This document shows positions 6,705 through 15,150 of a DNA stretch of 24,000 bases, one piece after another; within the stretch, counting starts at the first letter, position 1, and the number at the start of each line of letters is the position of its first letter. Location: sequence record MT234343.1; one strand, 5' to 3'. The translations under genes and the position numbers were made by a program. Source of the DNA: Agrobacterium phage OLIVR6. The notes beneath the pieces are model-generated. The model was not told where the DNA came from. It did not search any database and saw only the letters and a program-made list of their open reading frames with translations.

Positions 6705-8660
6705 TTAAATTTCGTTGATGCCGAGTGGGGACCAATCAGTTCCCATAGTTTTAAGTCTATCCATGATGGCATCAAGATCGATCTCCAGCATGGTCTTACG
6801 GTCGTCTGCTCGCTTCTCTTGGAAGAGAAGACTCATGAGCTTTCGAACAGACTCGTGTTCGTCTTCGAGGACATCGATCGCGATCGGATTTGCGATATGA
6901 TCCTTGAAGTTTTCAGGACGAAGAGAACCAAGACCTTTCGCTCGTTTCACTTCCCATCCTTTCCATTCACTCGGGACGAAGTCTTCAATGTCCGTCGGAT
7001 AGAAATACTTCCGCTCTTTGCCCTTGGTCAGAATGATCAGAGGAGTGAGGAAGATTTTGATGAACGGAGTACCTTCGAACAATTCTGGCCAGAAGCGCTG
7101 GAAGAAATTCACTAGGAGTGGGCAAATAGAACCGATACCGTCGTCATCCGCATCACAAGTAATCATGACAGAAGAATATCGAAGGTTTGCCTTGTCTGCC
7201 TTCTTTCCAGGTACGAGACCGATGGCTGCGCACATGTCCTTAATGACAGACTCTTTCTCGCCGATCGCTTCAGAAGGAGAGAGACCGTGAACGTTCTTGA
7301 TCTTTCCTCGAAGAGGCATAACAGCATGGATATTAGGATCACGGACTGCCGCTAGACCACCTGCTGCCGAGTCACCTTCTGCAAGGAACAAGGTGCAGTC
7401 AGAACGGATACGAGAGTTTGCATCTACGAGCTTGGCGATCTTGGCCTTCTTCAAAGCCTTCTCGTTTTGGTCGATTTGACCTTTATCCTTTTGACCAGAG
7501 CGGATGCTGCAGAGACGATAGATTTCTTCGATGATATCCTTGTTGGATTTCACAACCTTGTCCCAGTCGACCGATGCGAAGCTGTGGAAGATCGGATTGC
7601 GGATTTCTACGTTCGTCAGTCGAGTCTTGGACTGAGAGTCGAAGTTCGGACCTTTCATCTTCACGAAGCCGATGATATCTACGGCGTCCAGAACATCAGA
7701 CTTTGTAGGGTTCAGTCGACGTCTCTTCGACTCCTTCTTCAGTGCTTCGAGAAGGTTCTTCTGGAAATGATTTCGGAATTCGTCGAGGTGAGTTCCGCCG
7801 TTGTACGCAGGAACGTTGTTGACGAAAGTTGCCTGAGATGATGTTCCGCTCGTCTTTCGAACCAGAAAGATACCGTTGCCGACATCATCCTTCGAGAAAG
7901 GAATTTCGATGGCTTGAGAAGACTTGCCGAAGATTGCATCCTTGACCGTCTTACCTTGAACCTTGATCCCAACTCCATTGAAAGTGAACTTGATGTTCGG
8001 ATTCGAGTATGCGACGAGAGTCACGATCGATCGAACCATATCAACTGGAAGAATGACACCGTGATGGAACACTTCTTCGGAGAGACGGAAGCTCACCGTA
8101 GTACCTGTTGTTTTCGAGTCAGATGCGGTGATCGATGGAACGGAATAAGAAAGATCATTGCCGTCATTGACCACTTCGAATTCCTGACGGAAGAACTTCT
8201 TGTCACGATTAATCGAGAGAGTGAACTCGTCAGAAACGAAGTTGACGATAGAGATACCGAGACCGTTCGTGCCGGAGACTTCACCTCGAGACGTAAAATT
8301 TCTTCCGGCTTTAGTTTTCGATACGGCCAATGTAGCAGTATGCATTCCGGAATCTTCTCGGTAATCAATCGGAATACCTCGACCGGAATCGCGAATTCCG
8401 AAATACCTCGTTTCTTCGTCGTACATTACTTCGATCTCGCCTTTACCGACGAAGCTCATTTCGTCGAGCGCGTTATCGAAAGCCTCTCGAAAAGCTGTTA
8501 AAACTGATGGGACAAAGGTGAACTCTTTGAAGCTCAGAAATCCCGTAATCTCCACGTGAGGGAAAATTGCAGTATCTGGTGTTCTTCCACCTAAATACAT
8601 TTCAGTCCTCAGTCGGGCATGTTTTACGTCCGTGAGCTCTACAATCTTCTGGTCTTCCAT
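6705..8660 (-). CDS. 39: DNA topoisomerase II large subunit (gp39/gp60 as one uninterrupted ORF)
   Basis: GHKL ATPase and TOPRIM motifs: EAFDNALDE, IRDSGRGIPIDY, GTNGLGISIVNFVS, LFLAEGDSAAGG, LRGKIKNV, VMITCDADDDGIGSICPLLVNFF. Confidence 0.95.
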   Translation of the reverse strand: MEDQKIVELTDVKHARLRTEMYLGGRTPDTAIFPHVEITGFLSFKEFTFVPSVLTAFREAFDNALDEMSFVGKGEIEVMYDEETRYFGIRDSGRGIPIDYREDSGMHTATLAVSKTKAGRNFTSRGEVSGTNGLGISIVNFVSDEFTLSINRDKKFFRQEFEVVNDGNDLSYSVPSITASDSKTTGTTVSFRLSEEVFHHGVILPVDMVRSIVTLVAYSNPNIKFTFNGVGIKVQGKTVKDAIFGKSSQAIEIPFSKDDVGNGIFLVRKTSGTSSQATFVNNVPAYNGGTHLDEFRNHFQKNLLEALKKESKRRRLNPTKSDVLDAVDIIGFVKMKGPNFDSQSKTRLTNVEIRNPIFHSFASVDWDKVVKSNKDIIEEIYRLCSIRSGQKDKGQIDQNEKALKKAKIAKLVDANSRIRSDCTLFLAEGDSAAGGLAAVRDPNIHAVMPLRGKIKNVHGLSPSEAIGEKESVIKDMCAAIGLVPGKKADKANLRYSSVMITCDADDDGIGSICPLLVNFFQRFWPELFEGTPFIKIFLTPLIILTKGKERKYFYPTDIEDFVPSEWKGWEVKRAKGLGSLRPENFKDHIANPIAIDVLEDEHESVRKLMSLLFQEKRADDRKTMLEIDLDAIMDRLKTMGTDWSPLGINEI

Positions 8661-8734
8661 TGCTTTCTCCTATGAATTTCTTTTCCATCTAACATATCTT
8701 AACAAGTAAGTAAATACAAAAATGGAGTCGTTAA

Positions 8735-9337
8735 ATGAAAAGTGTCACTTACGTCATAATTTGCAAGGAAGAAGGAATGCCTCCATTTTATGTAGGACAT
8801 ACTTCTTTCAGGAGATTCACCGAGGAAAATTATCACGGAAGTCCTAAATCTAGGAAATGGAAAAAGAAATGGAACGAACTCGTGAAAGATAAACCAGAAT
8901 CCTTTAAAAGGAAAATCTTAAAGGTGTTCGAGACTAAAGACGAGGCTATTGAACATGAAATTGAAATTCTAAGTCATTTTAATGCCCATAAGTCTGATCT
9001 CTTCGTCAATATGACTATCGGAGGAAATAAATTCTATAGGACAGGACCTCTTACGAAAGAGGCAAAAGAAAAGATGAGTCGTTCGACGAAAGGCATAAAG
9101 AAGAAACCTGAGACTGTGGAAAGGATGTCCGCTGCTCAGAAAGGAAAGAAGAAGAGCGAGGAACATAGGAAAAAGCTTTCCTTGGCTCTAAAAGGGAAAT
9201 CCCTAGAACAGACACACAGAAATAAAATCTCTGAATCCTTGAAAGGTCGTGTCATGACTGAAGAACATAAGCGGCGATTGTCTGAAGCTCGTAAGAGAAC
9301 AATCGCCGCTAAGAAGCTTTTAGCTCAGTCATTGTAA
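8735..9337 (+). CDS. GIY-YIG homing endonuclease (Seg-like) with NUMOD3-type repeats
   Basis: YVIICKEEGMPPFYVGHT (degenerate GIY..YIG), NYHGSPKSRKWKKKWNE, FVNMTIGG, then repeated (S/T)EEHR(K/R)(K/R)LSxAxKGK helices. Plus strand inside a minus-strand gene block; paralog of 13511..14311. Confidence 0.85.
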   Translation: MKSVTYVIICKEEGMPPFYVGHTSFRRFTEENYHGSPKSRKWKKKWNELVKDKPESFKRKILKVFETKDEAIEHEIEILSHFNAHKSDLFVNMTIGGNKFYRTGPLTKEAKEKMSRSTKGIKKKPETVERMSAAQKGKKKSEEHRKKLSLALKGKSLEQTHRNKISESLKGRVMTEEHKRRLSEARKRTIAAKKLLAQSL

Positions 9338-9684
9338 ACAATAAATTTCCATCCGACGAGAGATTCTGGAGGATTGTATGGTTCAAAGACTTCGTAGAGA
9401 AGGTCTCCGTCGACAATCTTTTGTTCTTTTAGAATGAAGAGGCATTTCTGTCCGGTATTACGAGATGACATGATGAAGCCTACGTCGTTCTGACCGAGCC
9501 ATACTCTGCGCTTCATATTGAATGGAGCGTTCTCACGAGTGGAAAAGAAGTCAGAGACGTTTCCGATCATCCTCTTTTCTTTCGAACGGAAAGTCATATT
9601 CCCGAGCCAGACAGTGAGGATTTCGAGATGAAGCGATCCGTGGATACGGTGGCTGTCTCTTATCGCTTTCGTATATGCACCCAT
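9325..9684 (-). CDS. Hypothetical protein (MGAYTKAIRDSHRIHGSLHLEILTVW...)
   Basis: ORF track 9325..9729. ATG at 9684 has the better RBS (GAGGGATTAAAATG). Confidence 0.55.
   Translation of the reverse strand: MGAYTKAIRDSHRIHGSLHLEILTVWLGNMTFRSKEKRMIGNVSDFFSTRENAPFNMKRRVWLGQNDVGFIMSSRNTGQKCLFILKEQKIVDGDLLYEVFEPYNPPESLVGWKFIVYND
9334..9339 (-). promoter_or_regulatory. GTTTAC element at the 3' junction of the homing endonuclease gene
   Basis: Minus strand TTGTTTACAATG. It overlaps the stop of the plus-strand homing endonuclease gene. Confidence 0.25.
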
Positions 9685-9736
9685 TTTAATCCCTCGAATG
9701 GTGTATGATTCGAGAGGACCATACACCATGTCAAGG

Positions 9737-10729
9737 TTAAAGTGAATACACGTTTTCGAGAAATTTTATGTAGGTTCGAACAGATTTTTCCAGGTCTCTC
9801 GAGGCTTTGAAACCTATATGCTTCTCAGATTTCGAAGGATCGCAGATCAAAGAAGAAACATCTCCAGGTCGACGGTCTTGGAATTCGACGTTGATTTTCT
9901 CGCCATAGACATTCTCAAATGCTCGAATAACTTCTAGGACAGAATATCCTTTTCCGACTCCGATGTTTAAGACGTCGACGTCTAAGAACTTGTAAAATCC
10001 TGTTCCCATTGATTGGATATGAGCGTCGATGAGGTCATCGATGTCGATATAATCTCGAACTCCAGTTCCGTCTGGAGTTTCGTAATCGTCTCCAAAGATT
10101 CTCACTTTCTCGTTACGACCGAGGAGATAGAGCCCGATGACAGGGAACAAGTTTGTGGCTATGAGTCCGTCATCTCCGAGCATGCAATCGACACCTGCGC
10201 CGACCGGATTGAAGTATCGAAGGATGGTAGCTTTCGTTCCATTAGTCTTGCACCAATCTCCGATAATGTTTTCGCACATTAACTTCGAACTTGCATACGG
10301 ATTCGTTGGATAGACCATAGAATATTCTTTGATCTTCTCTTCGAAGACGTCGCCGTATACTGCTGCGGTCGAAGAGAAGATAAACTTCTTTAGGACCGCC
10401 GGATTGAGAGCTTGGAGCAGCGCAGTAGTCGCGGAGATATTTCCTTGATAATACTTCAGAGGATTCGAAACAGACTCACCCACAGACTTATGCCCTGCAA
10501 GATGGAAGACGTACTCTATCTTTCCGAGTCCTGAGAACTCGTCTTTGCCGAGAGTTCCTAATTCAATATCGAGAGTCTCGTTCGTGAGGTATTCGATGGT
10601 CGGCACGACGCTCGGATGAGAGTTCGAATTATCATCGATGACCTTCACTTCATGACCGTTACGAATGAGCCGAGTGACGAGGTTCGATCCGATGTACCCT
10701 AGACCGCCGGTTACGAGGATTTTAGACAA
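9737..10729 (-). CDS. galE: UDP-glucose 4-epimerase-like NAD-dependent sugar epimerase
   Basis: Extended SDR signatures: ILVTGGLGYIGSNLV, VFHLAGHKSVGES, FIFSSTAAVYG, NPYASSK, LRYFNPVGAG, RDYIDIDDL. Confidence 0.92.
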   Translation of the reverse strand: MSKILVTGGLGYIGSNLVTRLIRNGHEVKVIDDNSNSHPSVVPTIEYLTNETLDIELGTLGKDEFSGLGKIEYVFHLAGHKSVGESVSNPLKYYQGNISATTALLQALNPAVLKKFIFSSTAAVYGDVFEEKIKEYSMVYPTNPYASSKLMCENIIGDWCKTNGTKATILRYFNPVGAGVDCMLGDDGLIATNLFPVIGLYLLGRNEKVRIFGDDYETPDGTGVRDYIDIDDLIDAHIQSMGTGFYKFLDVDVLNIGVGKGYSVLEVIRAFENVYGEKINVEFQDRRPGDVSSLICDPSKSEKHIGFKASRDLEKSVRTYIKFLENVYSL

Positions 10730-10940
10730 AGAGTTCTCCTTGGTGTTTCACGTCGAAATGAATGTGGCCGATCGAAGGAGTCGGCTTGAAGTAAACGTCG
10801 ACGCCGTTTTCCTTATACTCTATCTTCCAACCCGGTTCGATCTTTCGTTCCTTCATGAGGAAAAGAAAAAGATCGTGGATATCGTCCACCTTTGTAAGGA
10901 GGGCGAATCGCTTCTTATATTCCGACCTCATGTCCTCCAA
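10722..10940 (-). CDS. Small hypothetical protein
   Basis: ORF in operon context, overlapping the galE start. Confidence 0.5.
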   Translation of the reverse strand: MEDMRSEYKKRFALLTKVDDIHDLFLFLMKERKIEPGWKIEYKENGVDVYFKPTPSIGHIHFDVKHQGELFV

Positions 10941-10991
10941 GACCTCCGGATCAGTGACTCCTTCAGTCTCGTCGAAATGTCGTCGATGAGA

Positions 10992-11573
10992 TTATTGATC
11001 CTTTCGATCATAGCGGTAAATAGTTCTCACAAGTTCATCACGAAGGTCTTCCATCATCCACGCACCAGAGTCATAGGTGAGAGAGTTCTTTGGAGCGACC
11101 TTGTCTATCGAAGCCTTGACGGCATCATAATTTTTCACTTCGAAGGAGTTTTCTTTTGCTCCTCGGTACATCATTCCGATCTTCGAGACGGAAAGGAAAA
11201 CCGGGACATGCACGATATTGTACTTGTCGAGGATATAGTCACATTGGACCTGAAGGGAAAGAGCTTCAGGGAAATTTCCTCTCATGTCCATATAAATCAT
11301 CGACGACAAGAATGACCTCGGCATAATGACCTTGTTGTTGCCGTAATCTTCCATGTAAGCGACGACTTCGAGGAGCTCAGAAATCGCCAATGCCTTGCTC
11401 ACACTCACAGAAGTCACAGGGTCTTGGAAGAGTTCCTTGGCCTGGTTCGAATACCTCGTTTCATGAAAATAGTAACCGCGAACACTTGGGAACTGACGAA
11501 GCATTTCAGGTTTCGCCAGAGTCGACTTGCCTGTACGATCCATGCCGTCCAGAGTCATGAGAATTTTCTTCAA
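10992..11573 (-). CDS. Thymidylate/deoxynucleoside-monophosphate kinase-like P-loop kinase
   Basis: N-terminal MKKILMTLDGMDRTGKSTLAKP P-loop of thymidylate-kinase type, followed by VIMPRSFLSSMIY (DR-type motif region). Confidence 0.7.
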   Translation of the reverse strand: MKKILMTLDGMDRTGKSTLAKPEMLRQFPSVRGYYFHETRYSNQAKELFQDPVTSVSVSKALAISELLEVVAYMEDYGNNKVIMPRSFLSSMIYMDMRGNFPEALSLQVQCDYILDKYNIVHVPVFLSVSKIGMMYRGAKENSFEVKNYDAVKASIDKVAPKNSLTYDSGAWMMEDLRDELVRTIYRYDRKDQ

Positions 11574-11896
11574 TCCTTTATCTCCATAAAGATATCATCG
11601 AGAGAATCTTCGCGATGAGTTGAAATTACGAATGATCTTATCATCCAGAAGAAGTTTTGTGAAATAGAAAATTCCCAGGATTGAGGAATTCCTTCGAGTT
11701 TGATCACGGACATCCAGGAGTCCGGCTCGACAAGAGGACCTTCAAGCGTGTTGTAAAGATCGAAACGATATCCATCATGAATGAAAGTCACGACAATGCC
11801 ATAACCTTCGTTCTTGCTGACATACTTCTTTTCGAAGTCGCCTTTACGAACGATGTTCAGTATCCGATTGAGGTGTTCCGGAGAAAGACTGTTCAT
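11570..11896 (-). CDS. Hypothetical protein
   Basis: ATGA-type overlap with the downstream and upstream genes of the operon. Confidence 0.55.
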   Translation of the reverse strand: MNSLSPEHLNRILNIVRKGDFEKKYVSKNEGYGIVVTFIHDGYRFDLYNTLEGPLVEPDSWMSVIKLEGIPQSWEFSISQNFFWMIRSFVISTHREDSLDDIFMEIKD

Positions 11897-12171
11897 TTCT
11901 CGAGACCTTCGATCCGATGCTTCTGCTCGAGATAAGCCTTGATCAAATCTTCACGGTTCTTGAAACCGGTCTCGCGTTCGATCAGCGTGTCTTCGAGGTC
12001 AGGAGTGTGTTCCTTATCGTAGAAGGTGAGGAATTCCACGAAGGACTCGACGCCGGAATAATTCAGAGTGTCGATAACCTTCACAGATTTGATGCCGACT
12101 CCTTCCTTCATGTGAAGAGGGAGGTGAGGGTTCACACCTTCGAGGATTTCGAGAAGATCAGAGACTCTCAT
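11893..12171 (-). CDS. Hypothetical protein (MRVSDLLEILEGVNPHLPLHM...)
   Basis: ATGA overlaps on both sides. Confidence 0.6.
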   Translation of the reverse strand: MRVSDLLEILEGVNPHLPLHMKEGVGIKSVKVIDTLNYSGVESFVEFLTFYDKEHTPDLEDTLIERETGFKNREDLIKAYLEQKHRIEGLEK

Positions 12172-12518
12172 TTGTTCTTCCTTTCTATTGCTTCGACTCG
12201 TTCCTTTAATGAATTCAGAGTGAAGTCTTTCCTGATTTTAGTCCAACGAATTTCATTCGCGAACGTTTCCACATCCTTGAAGAAATCCATTGATGCTCCG
12301 TAAACGTCGAAATCATCCTCGTCGTTATCAGCAGAGAATATCGAAACGTCGAAACCTTCTCGACCTTCGTATTGTTCAATGTTGAAGAGAGCAGAACCAA
12401 TCTCGATAGAAATCCCGGTCTGACGGACGGATCGAACGTTGGCGATATTGACGTTCTCTTTCAGGAACGAGAGGAGTTCTTCTTCGACTCCTTTTGACGA
12501 TTTGAATTCCGGTGTCAT
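12168..12518 (-). CDS. Hypothetical protein
   Basis: ATGA overlaps on both sides; weakly similar in composition to 12515..12853. Confidence 0.55.
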   Translation of the reverse strand: MTPEFKSSKGVEEELLSFLKENVNIANVRSVRQTGISIEIGSALFNIEQYEGREGFDVSIFSADNDEDDFDVYGASMDFFKDVETFANEIRWTKIRKDFTLNSLKERVEAIERKNK

Positions 12519-12853
12519 CGCGATGCCTCGTCTATGATTTTCTTGAAAGTGGAAATAACATCCGCAGGACCTTTGTATTCAAAGTCGAACATGTTCGTGA
12601 GCTCGCCGAAGAGACTCAATGACATGTCCATGAGAACGAACGAGATGTACCCGTTCTTCGAAGCTCCGTCGAATTCCGCGAAGATATAATCTTTGTTATC
12701 GAACGTCGTGTTCCGATAGACGGAGACACTCATGTTTTCGAGCGTGAACGAAATCGAATGAGTGAAGACCTGGGCATTTTTGATCATGTCGAGGTTGTTC
12801 TTGACGAAATTGAGGAACTCGTCTTCGTGAGTCTGAGTAGCTTTAATTCTCAT
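12515..12853 (-). CDS. Hypothetical protein
   Basis: ATGA overlaps on both sides. Confidence 0.55.
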   Translation of the reverse strand: MRIKATQTHEDEFLNFVKNNLDMIKNAQVFTHSISFTLENMSVSVYRNTTFDNKDYIFAEFDGASKNGYISFVLMDMSLSLFGELTNMFDFEYKGPADVISTFKKIIDEASR

Positions 12854-13056
12854 TTCGATGTCTCCAAAACAGTTTGAGGAATGCAGGCGTACCGGATAAT
12901 TTTAGACGATGAAGCGTCGTTGAGAATTTCAGCATTCTTTTCGCATTGAGTCTTTGTCTCGAAGACAGGAAATCTTCCGGTTGTTGTCCAATAATCAGTG
13001 ATCGGACCACCATTGGAATTGAACATGACGAGGGTGAAGCAGATGACCTTAATCAT
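12850..13056 (-). CDS. Small hypothetical protein with N-terminal hydrophobic segment (possible secreted or periplasmic)
   Basis: Overlaps both neighbours by a few bases; MIKVICFTLVMF start and two Cys residues. Confidence 0.5.
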   Translation of the reverse strand: MIKVICFTLVMFNSNGGPITDYWTTTGRFPVFETKTQCEKNAEILNDASSSKIIRYACIPQTVLETSK

Positions 13057-13396
13057 TGATCTCGATACCTTGTTCTTCTGCAGCGAGCTTGACGAGGTTT
13101 TCTACGATGGGATCGCAATGATCCATCAGCATGTCCCACATGTTGCATCGAACATATGTCTTGACTCTGCTCGAGCTGAGACCGAAGATGGAATTGATGA
13201 GTCGTGCTCTGTTCATTCCACCATTGTTGAAAATGTCGTAATAGGCATTGGATGCCTTGCGGAAATTGTTGAGGTGTTTGTTCTTGGAACCTTTGATTTC
13301 GCCAGTTTCGAAGTCGGCTTTATTATCAACGAGATCGTCAAGAGCGTGGACAACCTTGGAAAGCTTGTGGTTTCCGTTCCAGAAAGATACCTTCAT
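13049..13396 (-). CDS. Hypothetical protein
   Basis: First gene of the operon, with ACGGAGA upstream of the ATG. Confidence 0.55.
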   Translation of the reverse strand: MKVSFWNGNHKLSKVVHALDDLVDNKADFETGEIKGSKNKHLNNFRKASNAYYDIFNNGGMNRARLINSIFGLSSSRVKTYVRCNMWDMLMDHCDPIVENLVKLAAEEQGIEIND

Positions 13397-13510
13397 TTTG
13401 AAATCTCCGTTTCGTGTTTCGTTATGTTCTTTCTAACTTAAACCTTGGTCTTTGTAAATACGAAAAGTGCAAGTTCCTTAAATAAACATCTACTAAATAG
13501 AAAGGATAAT

Positions 13511-14311
13511 GAAATGAGGAAATGGTACTTTTACGTAATCACTTATAGCGGAGACAAATTGCCTCCGTTTTATGTAGGATTTGTGAATTCGGATTCCTTC
13601 GATAATAAGAACTATCACGGCTCCGTCAAATCAAAGAAATGGAAGAAAACTTGGTTCTCCGAATTAGAGGAAAATCCTCATTTCTTTAGAAGGAAGGCTC
13701 TAAGAACTTTCGATACAAAGAAGGAAGCAAAAGACTTCGAGAAAGAATTTATTAATCATTTCAGAGCGCACAAATCCGATCTCTTTGTGAATCTCTCTAA
13801 TGGAGGGAACGAACATTTCGGCGGGCAGATAGGACCTCTCAGCGAAGATCACAAAGACAGTATTAGAAAAGGTTCTAAGAAATCCTGGGACGAGTCCGAT
13901 GACCATAGAAGATTAGCTGCGTCAGAAAGAATGAAAACTATAAATCGCGATGACGAATGGGAAAACAATAGAAAACAGGCAGTAGCTAAGGCTCGAAAAG
14001 ATAAGGCAGATTTCATAGGTCCTCATCTTCCTCCTAAGAATAAAGGGAAACCTTCGAAAACGATCTGGACCGAAGAAATGAGAAAGACAAAATCTGAAAA
14101 GATGAAAGGGAAGAAGTGGTCAGACGATACAAAGGCTAAAGCGAGCGAGATTCTTAGTAAACCTGGATGTTTTAAGAATCCTGAAGGAGTTATCGTTTAC
14201 TATAAAGGATTTGGTAAATTCTGCGCATCTATCGGGATAGGCGTACGAGAGATGCGCAGGGTTAGAGACGGTGTTCTAGAATCTTACAAGGGATGGACGA
14301 GAGTAGATTAA
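13511..14311 (+). CDS. GIY-YIG homing endonuclease (Seg-like), second paralog, with NUMOD-type C-terminal DNA-binding motifs
   Basis: YFYVITYSGDKLPPFYVGFVNSDSFDNKNYHGSVKSKKWKKTWFSELEENPHFFRRKALRTFDTKKEA...AHKSDLFVNLSNGGNEH, aligned with the 8735..9337 product. ORF track gives 13445..14311; internal start MRKWYFYV is more likely. Confidence 0.82.
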   Translation, partial: EMRKWYFYVITYSGDKLPPFYVGFVNSDSFDNKNYHGSVKSKKWKKTWFSELEENPHFFRRKALRTFDTKKEAKDFEKEFINHFRAHKSDLFVNLSNGGNEHFGGQIGPLSEDHKDSIRKGSKKSWDESDDHRRLAASERMKTINRDDEWENNRKQAVAKARKDKADFIGPHLPPKNKGKPSKTIWTEEMRKTKSEKMKGKKWSDDTKAKASEILSKPGCFKNPEGVIVYYKGFGKFCASIGIGVREMRRVRDGVLESYKGWTRVD

Positions 14312-14320
14312 TCTACTCTC
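14299..14320. repeat. 22-bp perfect palindrome spanning both convergent stop codons
   Basis: GAGAGTAGATT|AATCTACTCTC read directly from the sequence. Confidence 0.9.
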
Positions 14321-15150
14321 ACGCCATCGAGGAAGAACTTCTTGGCTCGATAAACGTCAAGAGGTTCACCTTTCCATTCCCAATATTCCGCAAGTTCATC
14401 GATAGTAGTTTCTCTGTAGTTCCCGAATATAATTTCGAATTCTTTTGCTAAAGGTTCTCCGTCATTCCAAATTCCCATCCAAATCGAACCCATTTCTAAT
14501 TGAGTTCCAGTAGTCTCATGGAAGAGCATAGCATATATTGACACCTGTCGAGTATAAGAAGTGATATCGGACCACTCTTTTACTCTCTTCGATGACTTGA
14601 AGTCCACGAGTGTTTCGATGCCAGAGTCGATTATTTCCTGGTCAGTCTTAGCCTCTTTGTCGCCATCAAGAATAGCGATCAAGTCTGTTCGACCTGCGAT
14701 GCGAAGGAGCCTAGAATACATTGCCTTTTCTGAGGCAACTACTGCGGTGATTCGATCATCACACCAGGGCTTCAGATGCTGATAGAGAATATAGCCCTGC
14801 ATGTGTTCATTTCGAACTTCCTTGTTCTCCACATAGTCTTGGAGATTTTGGTGCATGGCCGTGCCACGATCTGTAGCTTCCTTCGAGATTCGATCTGCTT
14901 CTTCATCGCCTACTCGAGCACGCCAAGCTTTGAGCCATTCGTCCTCGCCTTTCATAGCCGCGATCTTACCGAGCATCGTCGTGGCCGAGAAGAACTCTTC
15001 TCCAGGAAACAAAGGATTTCGATATACGCGATATTCAGGATAGTCGAAATTTGTCCAGCCTTCAGGGATATTGTAAACGTGGTCCAGCTGCTTGAAACGG
15101 TCCTTCGCAGGAGCCGTCACAAACTGCTTCTTCAAATTTGCAAAACTCAT
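14308..15150 (-). CDS. PD-(D/E)XK superfamily exonuclease-like protein (Cas4/RecB/MGME1-like)
   Basis: ATDRGTAMHQNLQDY, YSRLLRIAGRTDLIAILDG, LVDFKSSKR (D..xK) and YTRQVSIYAMLF match a RecB-type nuclease core. Internal ATG at 15150 overlaps the upstream stop (TAATG). Confidence 0.75.
   Translation of the reverse strand: MSFANLKKQFVTAPAKDRFKQLDHVYNIPEGWTNFDYPEYRVYRNPLFPGEEFFSATTMLGKIAAMKGEDEWLKAWRARVGDEEADRISKEATDRGTAMHQNLQDYVENKEVRNEHMQGYILYQHLKPWCDDRITAVVASEKAMYSRLLRIAGRTDLIAILDGDKEAKTDQEIIDSGIETLVDFKSSKRVKEWSDITSYTRQVSIYAMLFHETTGTQLEMGSIWMGIWNDGEPLAKEFEIIFGNYRETTIDELAEYWEWKGEPLDVYRAKKFFLDGVRVD

Noticed and set aside
7914-8501. Plus-strand ORF of 195 aa antisense to topo II large subunit
   Set aside because: Overlaps conserved ATPase motifs on the minus strand; composition typical of an antisense shadow.
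10665-11315. Plus-strand ORF of 216 aa
   Set aside because: Antisense to the kinase and small ORF, which have operon context and the P-loop motif.
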